From: Phoronis australis
Taxonomy: Eukaryota; Animalia; Phoronida
Length of the DNA: 64,000 nucleotides
Direction of reading: 5' to 3'
Assembly (NCBI GenBank): GCA_002633005.1
Contig: NMRA01000020.1
Coordinates: forward strand, 546,673-610,672
The notes below the pieces were generated by a model. That model saw only the letters and a list, made by a program, of their open reading frames with translations, was not told the DNA's origin and did not search any database. The stretch's first letter is position 1. Every line of letters begins with the position of its first letter. The translations under genes and the position numbers were made by a program. Shown here piece by piece: positions 32,301 through 46,000 of this stretch.

Positions 32301-35300
32301 CAAACTAGGGAATTTTCACAGTATTAGAACAACCAACAATCTTGTGACTGGTCACGACAAACAGTACATAAAATACCAAGTGAGCGTACAATATGCAGTA
32401 TCCAACAGCCAGCTGTGAGGTGTATATAGATCCGCCCATGCTACATTATTTCTTTGTGATGGCCAATAGATGGAGTTGTAATCTTCTGTGTATAGTTCCT
32501 GAGAGTATTAAACAAAAATGATTTAATAAGTATTCTGCATTTGCAGTAACAAAGTGTAACATGCCATTTGTTGTGCACACGAAATGATTCAAATTCAAGT
32601 CCCATAAGAAAATACCATTCCTGAGGAGATTTAACTTGACGTCCTCTACTTGGCCCACATTTGACAAGGTGACATTTTTTGCCAACTTTTGACAACACTA
32701 TAGTGATATTATAACTAGTGGTGACAATACCTTGGCCCACATTTGACAATACTAAGGTGAGACTACAACTAACTGTGACAACAGTTTTGTGTACTTTTGA
32801 CAACACTCTGGTGACATTACAACTACCTGTGACAATATTTTTGTCCACATTTGACATCACTAAGGAAAAATTCATTACAATTAGCTGCAACACCAATTTG
32901 TCTACTTTCGACAACACAAAGGTGATACTAAAACTAGCTGTGTCAATATTTTCTAGTAAACGAAAGGACTTTATAGACAGAGGATCGACATCTAGGAGTT
33001 CAACAGGTCTAACTGAGGCATGGGTGTGTGACTGCAGAATCAATGAACAATTTTATCCAACGTCTACCAGTTAGTGCTTTCAAAAATACTGAAAATTCAT
33101 TGATAATAAACATCACAATCTATCACCCTTTAGGAGCCGTCAATGTCAAAAGGACCAGTTGTTAATTTGACCACTTTGAGTTCTCCGCTTGCACATAATT
33201 AAGATTAGAAGAGATTTCCTGCTCTGGAAGAATTTAGAAAACGTTGCTGAAGATTGAACTAAATATTTTTATGCACCAAAACAATTATTGTTGTCAGTCA
33301 AATGAGAACTGCCATAATTGAACAATAGATGCAGCTACAAGTTGGAGCTTAGTGCCTTTCACTGGTGAAATCGCAGGTGCACATTTTAAGCGACTTCATA
33401 CCTTTCTCAACTGCAGAATAAGCTTGTCTTCCTTGGCTGATAGTTTGGCCCCATAACAATATGACATAGGTAAATACACCTGTCGGCAGTGACACCACAG
33501 TCTGGACGAGTGGACAGGGATCCAGCTAGGCAGGATCCTATAAACAAATTTTTAAATTATAACACATTACTTTAAAAGTTATGTAGAGCAATCAGTGCAT
33601 AGTTTACATGCAAAGGGTGTGGTTGAGAGCCCACTCATGAGGAACCCAGTGCATGTAAAAACTGACCATGGGATGATGATCCTCCCACAGTTGGAGTTTG
33701 CTAATGGAAACACAACAGCCCATTGAATTCAGTCCAGCTGCCTGGGCTGCTTGGTCACCTAGTATGTAATGCTTTATGACACCTCCTTCATAAAACTATA
33801 GGTGCCTATTGACTTGGCAACTCAGCCAGATGGCTCTCTATTGTGTTCGCAGGGAATGGGGTATTTTAATTGCCCTTCAATTCACAAATTTAAGTGAGTT
33901 GTGGCTGGAGTTTTCACATGTACTAGGTTCCTGTTGTTTATAAGTGACATGTAGGTGGCCATGTTGCTCAACTGTTCATAAACCAGATTGTATGCTTCCG
34001 ATGAATGAGACTGATCATCTGATTGAAAAGTAAACAGGTGCACAGTGCCGGACAGACAAAGGGGGGTGCTTCCAATCATCCAACACTAAAAAAGAGCCAA
34101 TATGGAGCATTGATACACACCCTGCCACTATGTAAAAATGGCAAAAACACGAGAGGCGATCAGTATTTTAAATGACCACAAGAGGGAATAGCAGTACATA
34201 AATCCATAGCGCGAGAATAGCTAGTGGACGGGGCATAGCAGACCCAGCACCCAGTCTTTTGCTACTTAAAAACATGGGGTCATAGACACTTTTTGAATAG
34301 ATTTCCATCTCTTTTTTAATGTGAAGTAGCTTTTCACTATGTGAAGAAACGTGCATTTGCCTTGGGAGTTTTCAATCACAAAATTTGAGTTTCTGATCAA
34401 CAGAAAGGGGATCAGCTTGGCGAATGCTTCATGAGTTAAACTCAAAGCCTTACAAGCAAAGACTAGCAACTGAAAATGGCAGCCACCATGTGATTGGCCA
34501 GCAGGCTAAAAATTTTGAATTAGGGCAGAAAATCCACTGTTTCTAAAGTGAAGATTTCTCGGTACAAGTGGCGCAAGAGTCCTGCATGCTTCCACTTACC
34601 ACATCTCTGGAAACAAAGTATGCATGCCCTGCCAACTGTAACAGTTAAGAACAGCCAACCAGAACTTTCCCCACGATGGAATGGCCGCGGCACCACCTGA
34701 GGAGCAAGCAAAGTTTGGACAGGAATTAACTGAAAAACTGGAGATTTGAAATTCACTAATCAAAATAAAAAACGCCCCCACTCACGTACTCTAGTATCAT
34801 ACTTTAAAACCATAATCATTGATTCGCAGTGAATTCTATGCTGCCACTCATATACTTACAGAAATAATTATGGCCCAATTTCCACAACATATCAGATAAA
34901 AATTTTCATTAGTGACATCCGTGAAATTGAGAACTAATTTGTGCTTCCACAGTACGCAGGCAATTACTTCTGAATTGATCATGCAGATATGAGCAAAAAT
35001 TATCAGTGACCACAAAGTCATGCTACTCTCATTCTTTCAACAATAACAAATTAACAAGCCTTACCAAAAGAATGTAATAGTTTCCTAGCCTTCACCAAGT
35101 CAGGATCATCCGGGCCCACACCCAACAGTCTCATGACCACATAATTCAAAGCACAGCCGAAGACAGTTGGGGGTCCTTCAATGTGACTAAAAGCACAGTA
35201 TGAATGTGGTAAGATAATGGGACTATTAGAAAAAATGACTTGGATGGCAAGCCTGAGCTTTTTCAGTATTAACAGCTTGACATCTTCGTCAAGCACAATG

Positions 35301-38300
35301 CACTGAGAACACACAGAAATGGTGTTTTAAATTGCAATTCATGTTTATGCTCAAGAAAACAATATCTATCAGGTGTACCAAAAGATGGACTGCTGTATCG
35401 GCAGGTAAAAAATGGCCAACTTCAAAGTAAAATAAAAATAAGAATGAAGTGATTTTTTAAGACAAAATGTACCCACGTGCTTCACTCCAAGCACAGTACA
35501 ACCATAGATAATAAGGAGTTATTAATTTTCAGCCTTATTTCACAACTTGATTTCTGGTGACCGTAACGAAAATTGAACCACAACATTTCACACTGTCTTG
35601 CCATTGTGTATAACTGGTTGTACCAATAAAGGTAATATTCACATTACACAAAGCTCAAAATACCATGGGGCAACAAAGCATTTCTTGAACAATGTTACCA
35701 ATTTCGGACAAAAAGAATTGGCAAATGTGCCTTTTTTGATTTTTCAAGGGCTTCTAACATTATTGCGATTGTCGAAGATTTTCAAAACTTTGTCTGATAG
35801 TAGCTGTGGTACAAAACTTGAACTGGGTTTCACAAATATCAGAGTTTTGCATTCATTGGAAATAATGAGGAACAATAGGTGGAGCAAACAACTGAATGTC
35901 ATTGTACAATATGTGTAAAGTTATGTAACAAATAATCTGTAATAAGGAACAACCATAGGACAACTTGACTCACAGACCCCATCCACCATCAGGACACTGT
36001 ACAGAGCGAAGGTAACGAATCATTTCCTTCTTCTGTGGCTCAGTGAAAGGCGTTTCGGTGATGTAGCACACTATGACCAAACCTGAAAGTGAGAAGTGCC
36101 CAGTATCAGCAAAATGGAGAAAATTGCCTTCAATATGCGTAAGCCCGCAAGTTCCCACAAGATATAGATCACCATGAATCACTAACACTGGTGCAATCAA
36201 TCTCGCTAGCTTTCACTTGTGAGTGACTCAGCATTGCTGTCCGAACAGACACTAGCCTTAAGCACTTTAAAGCGCTTTCCGTGAGCGCTTCGAATTGTTA
36301 AGACGTTGCTAATGAACGATCTGCTTTTCATCTTGGTTTTGTTGGCGATGCAGCTTGAGAAATGGTCACCAAAAATGAAAGCGCTTTCTGCAAGCGCGTC
36401 ATTCAATAGCACAATCTCGCGAAGCGCATTCCTTATTGAACACAAGACAGGTATAAATTTTGCTGTTTCTTGAGTAAACAAGTTCGTAGACTAATAATGA
36501 TCAAAATTTGAAATTGAGTTATTAATCAATTTAATATTTACAATGAGGGTAGCCTTATCAGTTCTCACTACTTTCCATGGGGACCCTCAGTTACATACCA
36601 TAACAAAACACTAACAACAGCAATGTAACTGCCTTGAAATAACATTGCCTCATGAAAAAGGAAAAGTAACAACATCACAAACCAGGCATCAGGAACAACG
36701 GCCCGCCATAATCTCCAGCCCAATGACCATCTTCTGCTTGAAGTAAACTATAAAATTTCATGCCATTGTAAGCAGCCTTCTGGGCCGTTGTGGCTTTAGG
36801 CAAGGCAGGGGCCAAATCATCCTGGGGAAAGAAATAAAAATGTCATCTAATTTTGTTAAATAAAGTTTTGAGAGGGGCAGAATTATAAACGATTTAAATA
36901 CCATAGGGTTGTACATTCTGGACACCAGTAGGGCTACATTTTTTTGGAAGAATCTGCATTAAGACAGATGACAATGGTGGAATGTTCTCCGTGCTAGAAT
37001 CTTGTCCTGCATCCTATAGGTTGATATGACATTCCAGTTATCTATCACATTTCAAACTGTTACAGTTGAAATCATTGTTAATGTGATGATTGTTGTGCAA
37101 AATACAAAAAGAGCTTAAGATCAGCCTTCTTGGAATTGTGGGAAGTTGGCTAACCACGGTTCTTGTACTTATATGAAGACAAAGTATATTATGATCTAAA
37201 ATACAATATGACATTAAACTTTAATGCTGACACACAGTTAATACAGTCATGTAAGTGCGCAGTCGAAACAGTTTGCTATATAAAAATATGGTAAACATAA
37301 AAAACACAATTAAAGGTTTACTTTTTAACAGGACACTCAAAGTGTTGTTAGATATTTAATTTTCCGCTGAAACTGTTTCATTTTCCTGCAAATATAGATA
37401 CACAAGCAATGCGTACTGGCCTTGGGTCTGTTTTATGACAGCTAATAATTAAGACTTATTAAGAAAGAAATCGAATCTTATCGATGTTCCCTGTAATATT
37501 CTGATATTACGAAGTCAGAATATAAGACTTGCTGTGTCAAATACTTTATTGGAACAAACTAAATTCTCTACAAGGTGGCTTATATAGAACAATGACTAAG
37601 CAGCATGCAATTCTTACAATGGAAGTGGTAATACCATATATAGAACTTCCTTTACTCAGAATCAATTAAACTATAGTCTTGCACTAACTGGTATGCGTGA
37701 GTAATATATCTGCTATATGTTTATCAAAACATTACATTCCCACTTCACAGTTGCTGTATAAAGATTTAGCCAAGTAATTATGAGTAGAGTTACAGTCTAC
37801 CAATAATTAATAAAAATAATCTCAGTAACTAACAGTTACGTGCATATTCTCAGAGAATTTGGACTTTTGCTCAAGTGAAATTATTTTTTAGAAATGGTTT
37901 TGAGTAAAGATCAAAGGGGCAAATTTCTGACCGAAGTCTTAAGTCACTTTTCAGTCATGACCCCAGACTCCTGGGTGACATCTAATATAACTAACTAACT
38001 GCAAATTGGAAATCCGGACTGTTCAGTCTTTTTACTGTGTCAGATGGTGTTTTTTTTATACTAAGTGCCGTTAGTTTGTGCGCAAGAACTTGGAGCACAA
38101 ACTCGCCTACAACTTCAGCAAGGCAAAGATTCTTTGGACAGGGGCAGACCAATTATCCCATAAATCCCTCAGGAACTTTATAACTCTTTGAACAGTGGAA
38201 GTATTGGCCTGTGTATCAGTGGGAATGCACGTTAAACAAAAGACTGTTGGGAAAGCTTAAAGCAGCTATAAACCTGCATGCTGTTGAAGAAACTAAAATT

Positions 38301-39035
38301 TATCTTGACCATAATACTCTAGAGGAGATTTTATGGAGAATTAAAACTACAAGTGTTGAGATCTTTTAGTGCACCAGATAAAATTAAAATTACAAGATAC
38401 AATGACCTCTTACCACTCTAAAATTGATCTTAAATGAGAAGTGATACTTGATGATTACAAAGACAGGTCTCAACTGCTCGAGACCATGCTTGGCAAATAA
38501 AATAACACATTATGACAGGTCAACTTGTAGCCCTGGTTTCAAGTAATAACAAACTGAGTTCTCTCCAACTCCACCGACACATCACATCAATTTTCACCAG
38601 GCGAGAACAGTTTGAAAACAATTTGTATGTGAAAGTAGCTAGTCTATATCAAAGGTTGTTTTTTTGATTAGACCACTGAAATACGAGTCTGCATTTGATA
38701 AACAGCTCTCCTCTGGAATATTCACTAAAAATAGATCAAGTGTTTGCAATGTCTTAATACCAGTGACATATTGAGCTACTCCTTGTGCATGCAGATAGCA
38801 ACAGGAGCCATAATAAAATCACACAACAGAAGTTAATACTAACAGTGTTCAGCCCAAGAGAATGCTTTTCAAGCATAAGTTGTTCTCTGTCTGGTGTTTC
38901 ACCATCTGGGATATATGTCCATGTCTGTCGCCCACCAACATTAGTCAATCGCCACCGAGTCAGGTCAGTAGCTGGTTCTGTCTTGTATGGGCCACCACGG
39001 TTGCGAGCAAGAGTGTTCCTGTACTCAAATGGCAT
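23396..39035 (-). CDS. LSS: Lanosterol synthase (2,3-oxidosqualene cyclase); 17 coding exons, 2211 nt, about 736 aa
   Basis: Exons 39035-38844, 36821-36683, 36082-35974, 35186-35065, 34696-34600, 33537-33402, 32498-32390, 31392-31274, 30106-30009, 29100-29016, 28301-28179, 26408-26259, 26141-26042, 25559-25388, 24455-24372, 23991-23821, 23600-23396; all GT-AG with a continuous frame. Motifs: [33 protein letters not shown] repeats ([34 protein letters not shown]), [15 protein letters not shown], catalytic DCTAE. Confidence 0.97.
26700..27775 (-). mobile_element. 5'-truncated, decayed non-LTR retrotransposon (LINE; RT C-terminal part) in an LSS intron
   Basis: Minus strand near 27600-27770 encodes [40 protein letters not shown](TKIMAFRKG), containing the YADD RT motif. 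The downstream [17 protein letters not shown] resembles the LINE ORF2 C-terminus. Multiple frameshifts and stops. Confidence 0.85.
27797..27980. mobile_element. Small imperfect inverted-repeat element (MITE-like)
   Basis: CTCAAGTTGTTCCTTACTCA..TGATTTTTGGTCTTG pairs with CAAGACCAGAAATCA..TGACTAAGGCACAATCTGAG. Confidence 0.5.
30155..30316. repeat. 54-bp minisatellite, 3 copies, in an LSS intron
   Basis: The unit ACTAAACAGTCAACCTTTACAGGATCTATAGCCTTTGACCAGCCTTACACAAGC is repeated three times. Confidence 0.92.
31895..32290. repeat. Interspersed repeat copy related to 21105-21446
   Basis: Shares the blocks listed for 21105-21446 in the same order. Confidence 0.7.
32650..32950. repeat. Degenerate minisatellite, unit about 48 bp
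   Basis: Recurring TTTGACAACAC..GGTGAyATTAyAACTA.CTGTGACAATA unit; this explains the 200-aa spurious ORF at 32441-33043. Confidence 0.8.
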
Positions 39036-39590
39036 TTTAGATGTCCTAGAAACAGAATTACAATACACATAAATATAAAAGTTTACAGTAGGTAATTGGA
39101 AAAAAGAGTTGGGGAACTGGCCAGACATTGCTGCAAGGTGTTTGTCAGGCATGTTACACAACTTTAGTTCCACAGACAACATTGGTTCCAGATACTAGAC
39201 AATGATAGTTGATACGCGTACCAAAATGCTTTGCGTAATCGAGTGGACACGGTTCTTCAAAGGCAGCATGAAACTTAGCCAACTTTAAGTAAAAAATATA
39301 TATGACAGACTTGACAGCTTTGCACCTAAGAACTTTCATGGAAAATTGTTGTACCCATACATAAAGTTCTGCTAGCAGACCGGTAAACAGGGAATACTGA
39401 AGTGCCAGTCACGCCGAAAGGAGGCAGCACAGACGGAGGCCCTGACTGAGAGACCGTACCGTCTTTGACCTGCCTACAACTGAAGCGCAGTCGAAACCTG
39501 GTCGTAATTTTCGAAGTTCAAACTTTTGTTACCAAAGGCACTAAAGAACTAGAAACCTAAAAATTTTGGGCAAGACAGTCTATGACTCAC

Positions 39591-39650
39591 CTCGAGCAGC
39601 TTACGGCGTTGCCCAGACGATGTCGGCTACGTGCAAAAGAACGGAAAGGG
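39591..39650 (-). other. LSS: Probable non-coding first exon of LSS
   Basis: Consensus donor GAG|GTGAGT at 39591/39590 on the minus strand. The ATG exon has an acceptor (TTTCTAG) giving an exon start at 39045, 10 nt before the ATG, so an upstream UTR exon is needed. The 5' end is not determined. Confidence 0.6.
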
Positions 39651-39960
39651 ATTCCCCAGCCGTAACCTGTTCATAAGGCGACGGAAATCGACCAATCACG
39701 GTTGATGTTAGCAAGATTGGGACTTCTTTGATATTGCTACGCCGAAATATTTTTAATGATTTCACGGATTGAAGCTGTGAAACGACACTAAAAGCAAATG
39801 GAAATTCAATTTATTCGCAATTTTCATCGCCTAGTTCAGTTTTATCCGCTTACCAATTTCGAAGAATACTAAATCTATCCCCACGTGCTACATGCGTGAC
39901 AGCGCAAGAACACTGGGATTCCCTAGCGGTGCTTTCTCTAATCAGGCCATATAGTAAGCT
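39650..39960. promoter_or_regulatory. Putative bidirectional LSS/CYP51 promoter with CCAAT boxes and SRE/E-box-like sites
   Basis: CCAAT at 39692-39696, ATTGG at 39716-39720, CCAAT at 39853-39857. ATCACGGTTGAT at 39695-39706; TATCCCCAC overlapping CACGTG at 39876-39887; GTCACGCAT (minus) at 39892-39900. CpG-enriched relative to the flanks. Confidence 0.65.
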
Positions 39961-40050
39961 TTGGAAGAATTGCATCCCGTTGCTTACCTCTTCAGCAGGG
40001 TTGAATTGTCCAGGGTCTTATCGTTGTGGTCTTTATTTTGGTTGGAAGAT

Positions 40051-43000
40051 ATGGATTCTACTTCATCACTGTTGGAAACTGCTATGAGTAGATATCAGGA
40101 AGCTAGTACAACACAATTAACTCTCTTTACAACGACGGTTTTACTCGCCGCTGCTTTTGTGTGCAAGAAATTTACCGATTATGAAAGCCGGGTAAGAACC
40201 ATGTAAGAGTTTGTTGAGTAGGCCCGCCTACTACGTCAGCTACCCTCGATGTCAACAAATCCTCCCAACTCAAAGTATATAGACATATTCTGTCGATGTT
40301 GATTTCTTTCATTCATTAACAAAGTAAGTCGCTATAATGTTCTTGCCTTGTGTGTGACATACGTTACACTGCTGTGCGTGAACTTGCTTGATCTCAAGTC
40401 TTGATCGCTTCTGCGTGTCCTTGTGTTGGAACTGAATATTCATCATCGATCAGGTGAATTTTTTATTCAGTGTTAAGAATTTTTGTAATTATTGGCCTCA
40501 TGATCACCCATTTTCTCCTTTACCGGTGTCAAATAATCTGAGGTTTATGTGAATCGTTAAATCAATTATTTTTTGGTGAATAATGAGATCTCCAAATTGA
40601 AAAAGATTGGTTAAAATATACGTTATTTTATTAACATGCAATTTGATTTGGAGCTGTGGAAATTTTTGTCATCATGATTGTAATTATTTGAATGAAGTTG
40701 TCAATTAATTTTCCATATTCTCACGCATATGCGATCCTGAGATTATAAGCAAGATTGGAAGTTCATGCACGGCAGCACTTTATTATAGCACCAGTTGGAT
40801 TTAGTAGAGACACAGTTTCATCCTCTCAGTAACAAGCCATTATTCAGTGTTTACCTGGTTCTCTAAGTCATGGTCCACAAAATCCGACCTGTGCCGTGTC
40901 CTTATATTGTCCCTAGCATAGAGCCGGGGGTCTATATATATGCTGAGTGCAACTCACTTTGTAAGCCGTAACCATTGATATATTGTCACCCGGTGACAAT
41001 ACGTGCCTACGTACATGATACAAATTGTCATACTCAGCACATTGTGTTGCCCTGCGTGGAGGTGACAATATGTTTGGGGTGTGAAGTATACATGACGGCG
41101 ATCTGTCGTTCAGCAACTTTTCCAGACGTGAGGGGTTCTGAACGTGCGATAACATCTGGCTCCTTTGTTAACTGCCCAGCACTGCATAACTGTCCGGTAT
41201 GATAACAAGCAGGCCAATTATCTCCCAGGCTTCAAAAGGTTACTGAAACCTGGATTGTCTTAACTTCTGCTGTAGTTGGGTGATTCAAAAGCTAAACATG
41301 ATCAGCATTTGACAAGGAATTCAGAAATGCTATTGGTTTATGTTCAAATATGTTATAGCTTAGCTTTCATTTTTAGCAGCACAGCTCAGTCAGGCTAGAT
41401 ACGATCTGATTGGAGATTAGAGCATTATTATCAAACAAAAGAGAGCTAGCCCTCCAGAATGGAGTTAATCAGTCGTGTAAGATATGGGCTACAGGGGTGA
41501 TCTTCCCAACTTGTTGTTGGGTTATAGAATCGAATAAGTTGGGGGCAACGGAAAAATGCTGTAATGATGAATTGCCCGTATGTTGTTTCAGGGAAAGAAC
41601 TTACCACCCCACATACCTTCGTCAATTCCATGGTTAGGTCAAGCCATCAGCTTCAACCAAAGCCCGATAGACTTTCTTGTTGCAGCCTATGAAAAAGTAA
41701 GTCGACAGAATGATAGTGGGCCACAAATAGTCGGTTACAGGAGTCTCAGTTTTTGATAATCAGTTTGATTCCTGTTATTCAGTCAGAAAATTAGTTCTCG
41801 AAACGTGACTGTTAAATATTGCCTTGTTCCTTTTGGTAGTCCAGTCTATTATGTAAGCTAGGGCATATTAAGCAGAGCTCAGACGAACTTGTTGTAAACT
41901 AATAGTAATAAGTGGGAGAGGCAGCAGCATTTCCTTGTATGATATTTAATTTACTTTTGGTAAATTAGACTTTAATTGTTTTTCTGATGAAGACTGCTTA
42001 TAGCTGTATTTAGCTGCTGTTTAGCTGTTAGTGTTGATATTCTAATAACCAAATCACTTCGGGTTTAAAGATATTCATCCAATCTGGAATTATTTTCGAA
42101 TGAGCCAGCAAATCAAGTCTCAAACTATGCCTACTTGTGTCACTTTTGCAATATTAGAGACGACCAACCTCATACTTTTCTGAAGTGTTATCTTGTTTTT
42201 TTTGTTGGTTTCAATGTTCTAAATAGAAATAAAATTCCATGAACATTAAAAATATTATGACGCCAATTTCATGAGACTAAAATTCAAGTTTGATTTTTGA
42301 TTTTTCAACAACCTAATGAGGGCGAAATGCTACTTTAAGTCTTGTTAAGTGATTTTAGAAAAAATGCTGAAAGCAAAATTAGCCACGACAAAGCAACAAA
42401 AACATTGGATGAGAATGCTTTAGCACTTTTGCCATTAACCTTTGTGTTGACTTACTTCTATATTTTGTGCTTTTGTTTTTTTTGTTGCCAGTATGGTCCC
42501 GTGTTCAGCTTTACAATGGTGGGTAAAACGTTCACGTATTTGGTGGGCTCAGATGCCAGCGCCACATTCTTCAACAGTAAAAACGAGGACCTCAACGCTG
42601 AGGAGGTATACAACAGGTTGACTGCGCCCGTCTTTGGTGAGGGTGTCGCCTATGATGTGCCTCATGCTGTGAGTATTCCTGTGTTTACCCTCTTGTTGCT
42701 CAAGGCATGTCACTAGTGTTGCAGCATCATGGCTTTATTTTATGATGTTTTGCTAGTTCTAACGACAATGTAATTTTCAATGCAGTGACATAAAGGTTAT
42801 GTAGAACCTTATCCAAAATTCTTCATAATCTTTAGTTGATGAATATACTTGTCGTTTAATATTTTATTGACTTGTCTTATGTTCACATGGGTTATTGATC
42901 TTTATCAAGAGGTTGGTTTACACGCACTTTGTTTTAGTTGGCTTGTTGCTATAAAGAAATTGTTTTTCCTTTTTAAATTTACAGTCATCATGGACATTAT

Positions 43001-46000
43001 GTTGTAAATTTCTTGCTCCTTTTATGAACCATGATTTTGTATCGTTTTGATGTTTTTAAGGCTCTTCCTGTTTCAGATATTTATGGAGCAGAAGAAGATA
43101 TTCAAAACTGGTCTCAACATAGCTCGATTTAGACACCATGTCGAGATAATTGAAGAGGAAACCAGAGAATACTTCCAGAGATGGGGCGATGAAGGGGTCA
43201 AAGGTTAGATGCTGAGGTCATTCGCAGCAATGACAAAATTTAGAATTTCTGAAAGACTCAGTTTGATATGCCCTATAAACTATAAATGCCACCACCATGC
43301 CACTGCTGTCTTCTCTGTGTCACTTAATACGTCTTTGTATTTTAGTCATTTAAGATGAAATTCAGAAACGCCTTTGAAGCCGAGCAGGCAATCGTCTATG
43401 TATATATATTTTTTTTTTTCTGGTACATTTTCTGGTTTTAATTTTTGTTTGAGCCATTTAAAGCTGCCATGAAACATGTTCTAAGTGTTAAATATCAACT
43501 TTATTCACAGGTGTATTTGCACTTTCAAAGCAATATTGTCGCATTCTCATCCTTTGTTAGCAATGAAATTGGTTATTGCCTGGAAATCTAGCGACTGAAC
43601 CTAACTTGCTGTGACGACCTACTTAATTGAGCCTGATCTGAACCAATAATAATTCAGTTTTTCTGAGTTAGGCAAGAGACGAGACCAGCTTCGCAACAGT
43701 CAGTGGTCTACATATTAATTTTTTTGACAGAAGGCATGGGTTCATTTTTCAATAGCTGATTTATTTGTCAGAAGAGTTCTAAGGATAACAGTTTTTGGTG
43801 TATTAAACCAGACATTCAGACTGATGTTCATAGGCTTTAAATTATTTTAAACTTTCTTGTTTCATTTTCAGATCTCTTTTCTGCTCTATCAGAGTTGATT
43901 ATATTGACTGCCAGTAGATGTCTCCACGGTGAGTGAAGATGGTCTGATGTCTTGCAGCACATCAGATATGCGCAAGCCTCATAACTGGGCACAAAAAATG
44001 AACAACAAGTGCTGTTAAGTTCAAACATGGTCTCTTTGTCAAATTTTTGTTTTTCCTTTAAGTTAGGATAATTGGCTTAATTAGAATATCAATCCATAAT
44101 CGAATATGAAGCGTTGACCTTATGTATTTATGTATATATGAAATTTACAGTATGTCTTGGTTCAGTCGTGACATAGCTGTCCACTTAATCACTGAAAAAT
44201 GAGTTGAGTGTTTGGCAGTTTCAAGTTAGAACTGCGGCGGAGGTCATCTCAGAAATTCAGTTTTCTTGCTGATAATGTCACTTGAAGTTAATGAATGTCA
44301 TGGTTATAAGTTAAATACAGTGTAGGCCTGCTACATTCCCATTTCCCTGTAAAGAAGCTTATAACTGAATGATAACAAGTTTTTGCAACATGGGGCTCTT
44401 CTTTACTTCAAATTACATTCTTATGTAATCTTTCAGGCAAAGAAGTTCGCTCGTTGTTAGACGAACGTGTTGCCCAGTTATATGCTGACCTGGATGGTGG
44501 GTTTACACCCATGGCTTGGTTACTGCCTGGATGGCTCCCTCTCCCGTCATTTAGGTAATTGAGTCCACCAATCACAGACAGTCGTTGCATTCAGCTGAAA
44601 TCTCGGCATATACAATTGATTGAAATACGGAAATTATTGCGTACTGTCTGTGATGTGAAGTTTACAGTGTAGTGTGTAATGAATCCTGCTCAGTTCTTCT
44701 TCACTTATTCAGCACACAATATGGCTGACAAGTGACATTCTAGTTTGTTTAATTTCTCCACAAAAGTAAAGACTTCAGAGCATTTTAGTCTTTCACAAAC
44801 ATGGATTGTAGTGTATATCAATATTTGCTGTTACTCTTGTTGTTTGCAAAAAATAATCATTCCTTGAAATATGGAAAAATGACCATTTTGGCATGTTTTT
44901 GCGTGAAATAAGTGGAGTATTACCATAGCAACAACTTAACCGAAGCATAGAGGGCTGTTTCAGATCTTGCTTCAATTTTGTAGAAAGCGTGACAAGGCCA
45001 ACATAGAGATGAAGAAGTTGTTTAAGAGCGTCATCGCTAAGCGTCGCGCCACAGGACCCGACGATGACATGCTGCAGACAATGATTGACTGCACGTACAA
45101 GTAGGTCATTGTTCCACAGGGTCATGTTGATCATCTTAAGGACCAGTTATTGGAAGAAAATATAGCCTTTTACCTATTAGTTAATTACTCTGTCTAGGTT
45201 TGTTGGACCTTACTTGAGGATTAGTTTGTATTGCGTTGTACCACTTTAGACCCAGGATCTTTTGATTAGACGGCCATACTACTGGCTTATGAGGAGTATT
45301 TACCTGCGTTACTGTTATTTCTATTGTGGACATTTTTCTTTTTTTAAGTAAATTAATTTTTAAAACGTGGCTTGAAAATCAATTGTAATTGTTAGAATTA
45401 GAACACACTAAAAGAATTGATTTTCATTAGCAGCAAGAACATTAAAACCATAACGACTCAATAAATGTGCATCTAAGGTTTTTGGGGTTGGCCACCTCGA
45501 AAAATACAAAATTCGAAAATGGCACGTGTATGCCGTGGCTCGAGCAGCCTGCTCATTTGGAAACGATGCATCATCATATGAGTGATGTAATGTTTTTAAA
45601 AATCCAAGCCCTTTAGTTTAGAATTCAACATTATTTTACAAATTAATAGCAGTGAAATACCTTTAATTACAAGAATTACACAACATTGTGAAACCAATTC
45701 TCAGCGTTGCACAATTGGCATATCTTGCCGGTAGATGCTCCGTTAATAGGGTACCAGACTTTTTCTTGGTTTCCTAGAAATGGCCGCTTCTTATCTGATG
45801 ACGAAATAGCTGGGCTGATGATTGGTTTATTACTAGCTGGACAGCATACCTCTTCCACTACTAGTGCTTGGCTTGGGTTTTTTATTGCCAAAAATAAACA
45901 GATTCAGGTGAGATTTTAATCATTTAAATTTGTAACATAGTTAATGTGCTAGACATATGCTAGATATATCGTACAAGAGAAAGCAATGCTCATACAAAAG

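Noticed and set aside
32441-33043. 200-aa ORF, the longest in the track
   Set aside because: Produced by a degenerate minisatellite of about 48 bp inside an LSS intron; its 3' end overlaps an LSS exon in a different frame.
39033-40053. Horizontal transfer or bacterial contamination as the origin of the OSC-CYP51 linkage
   Set aside because: Both genes have many canonical spliceosomal introns, animal-type sequences and host-like repeats in their introns.
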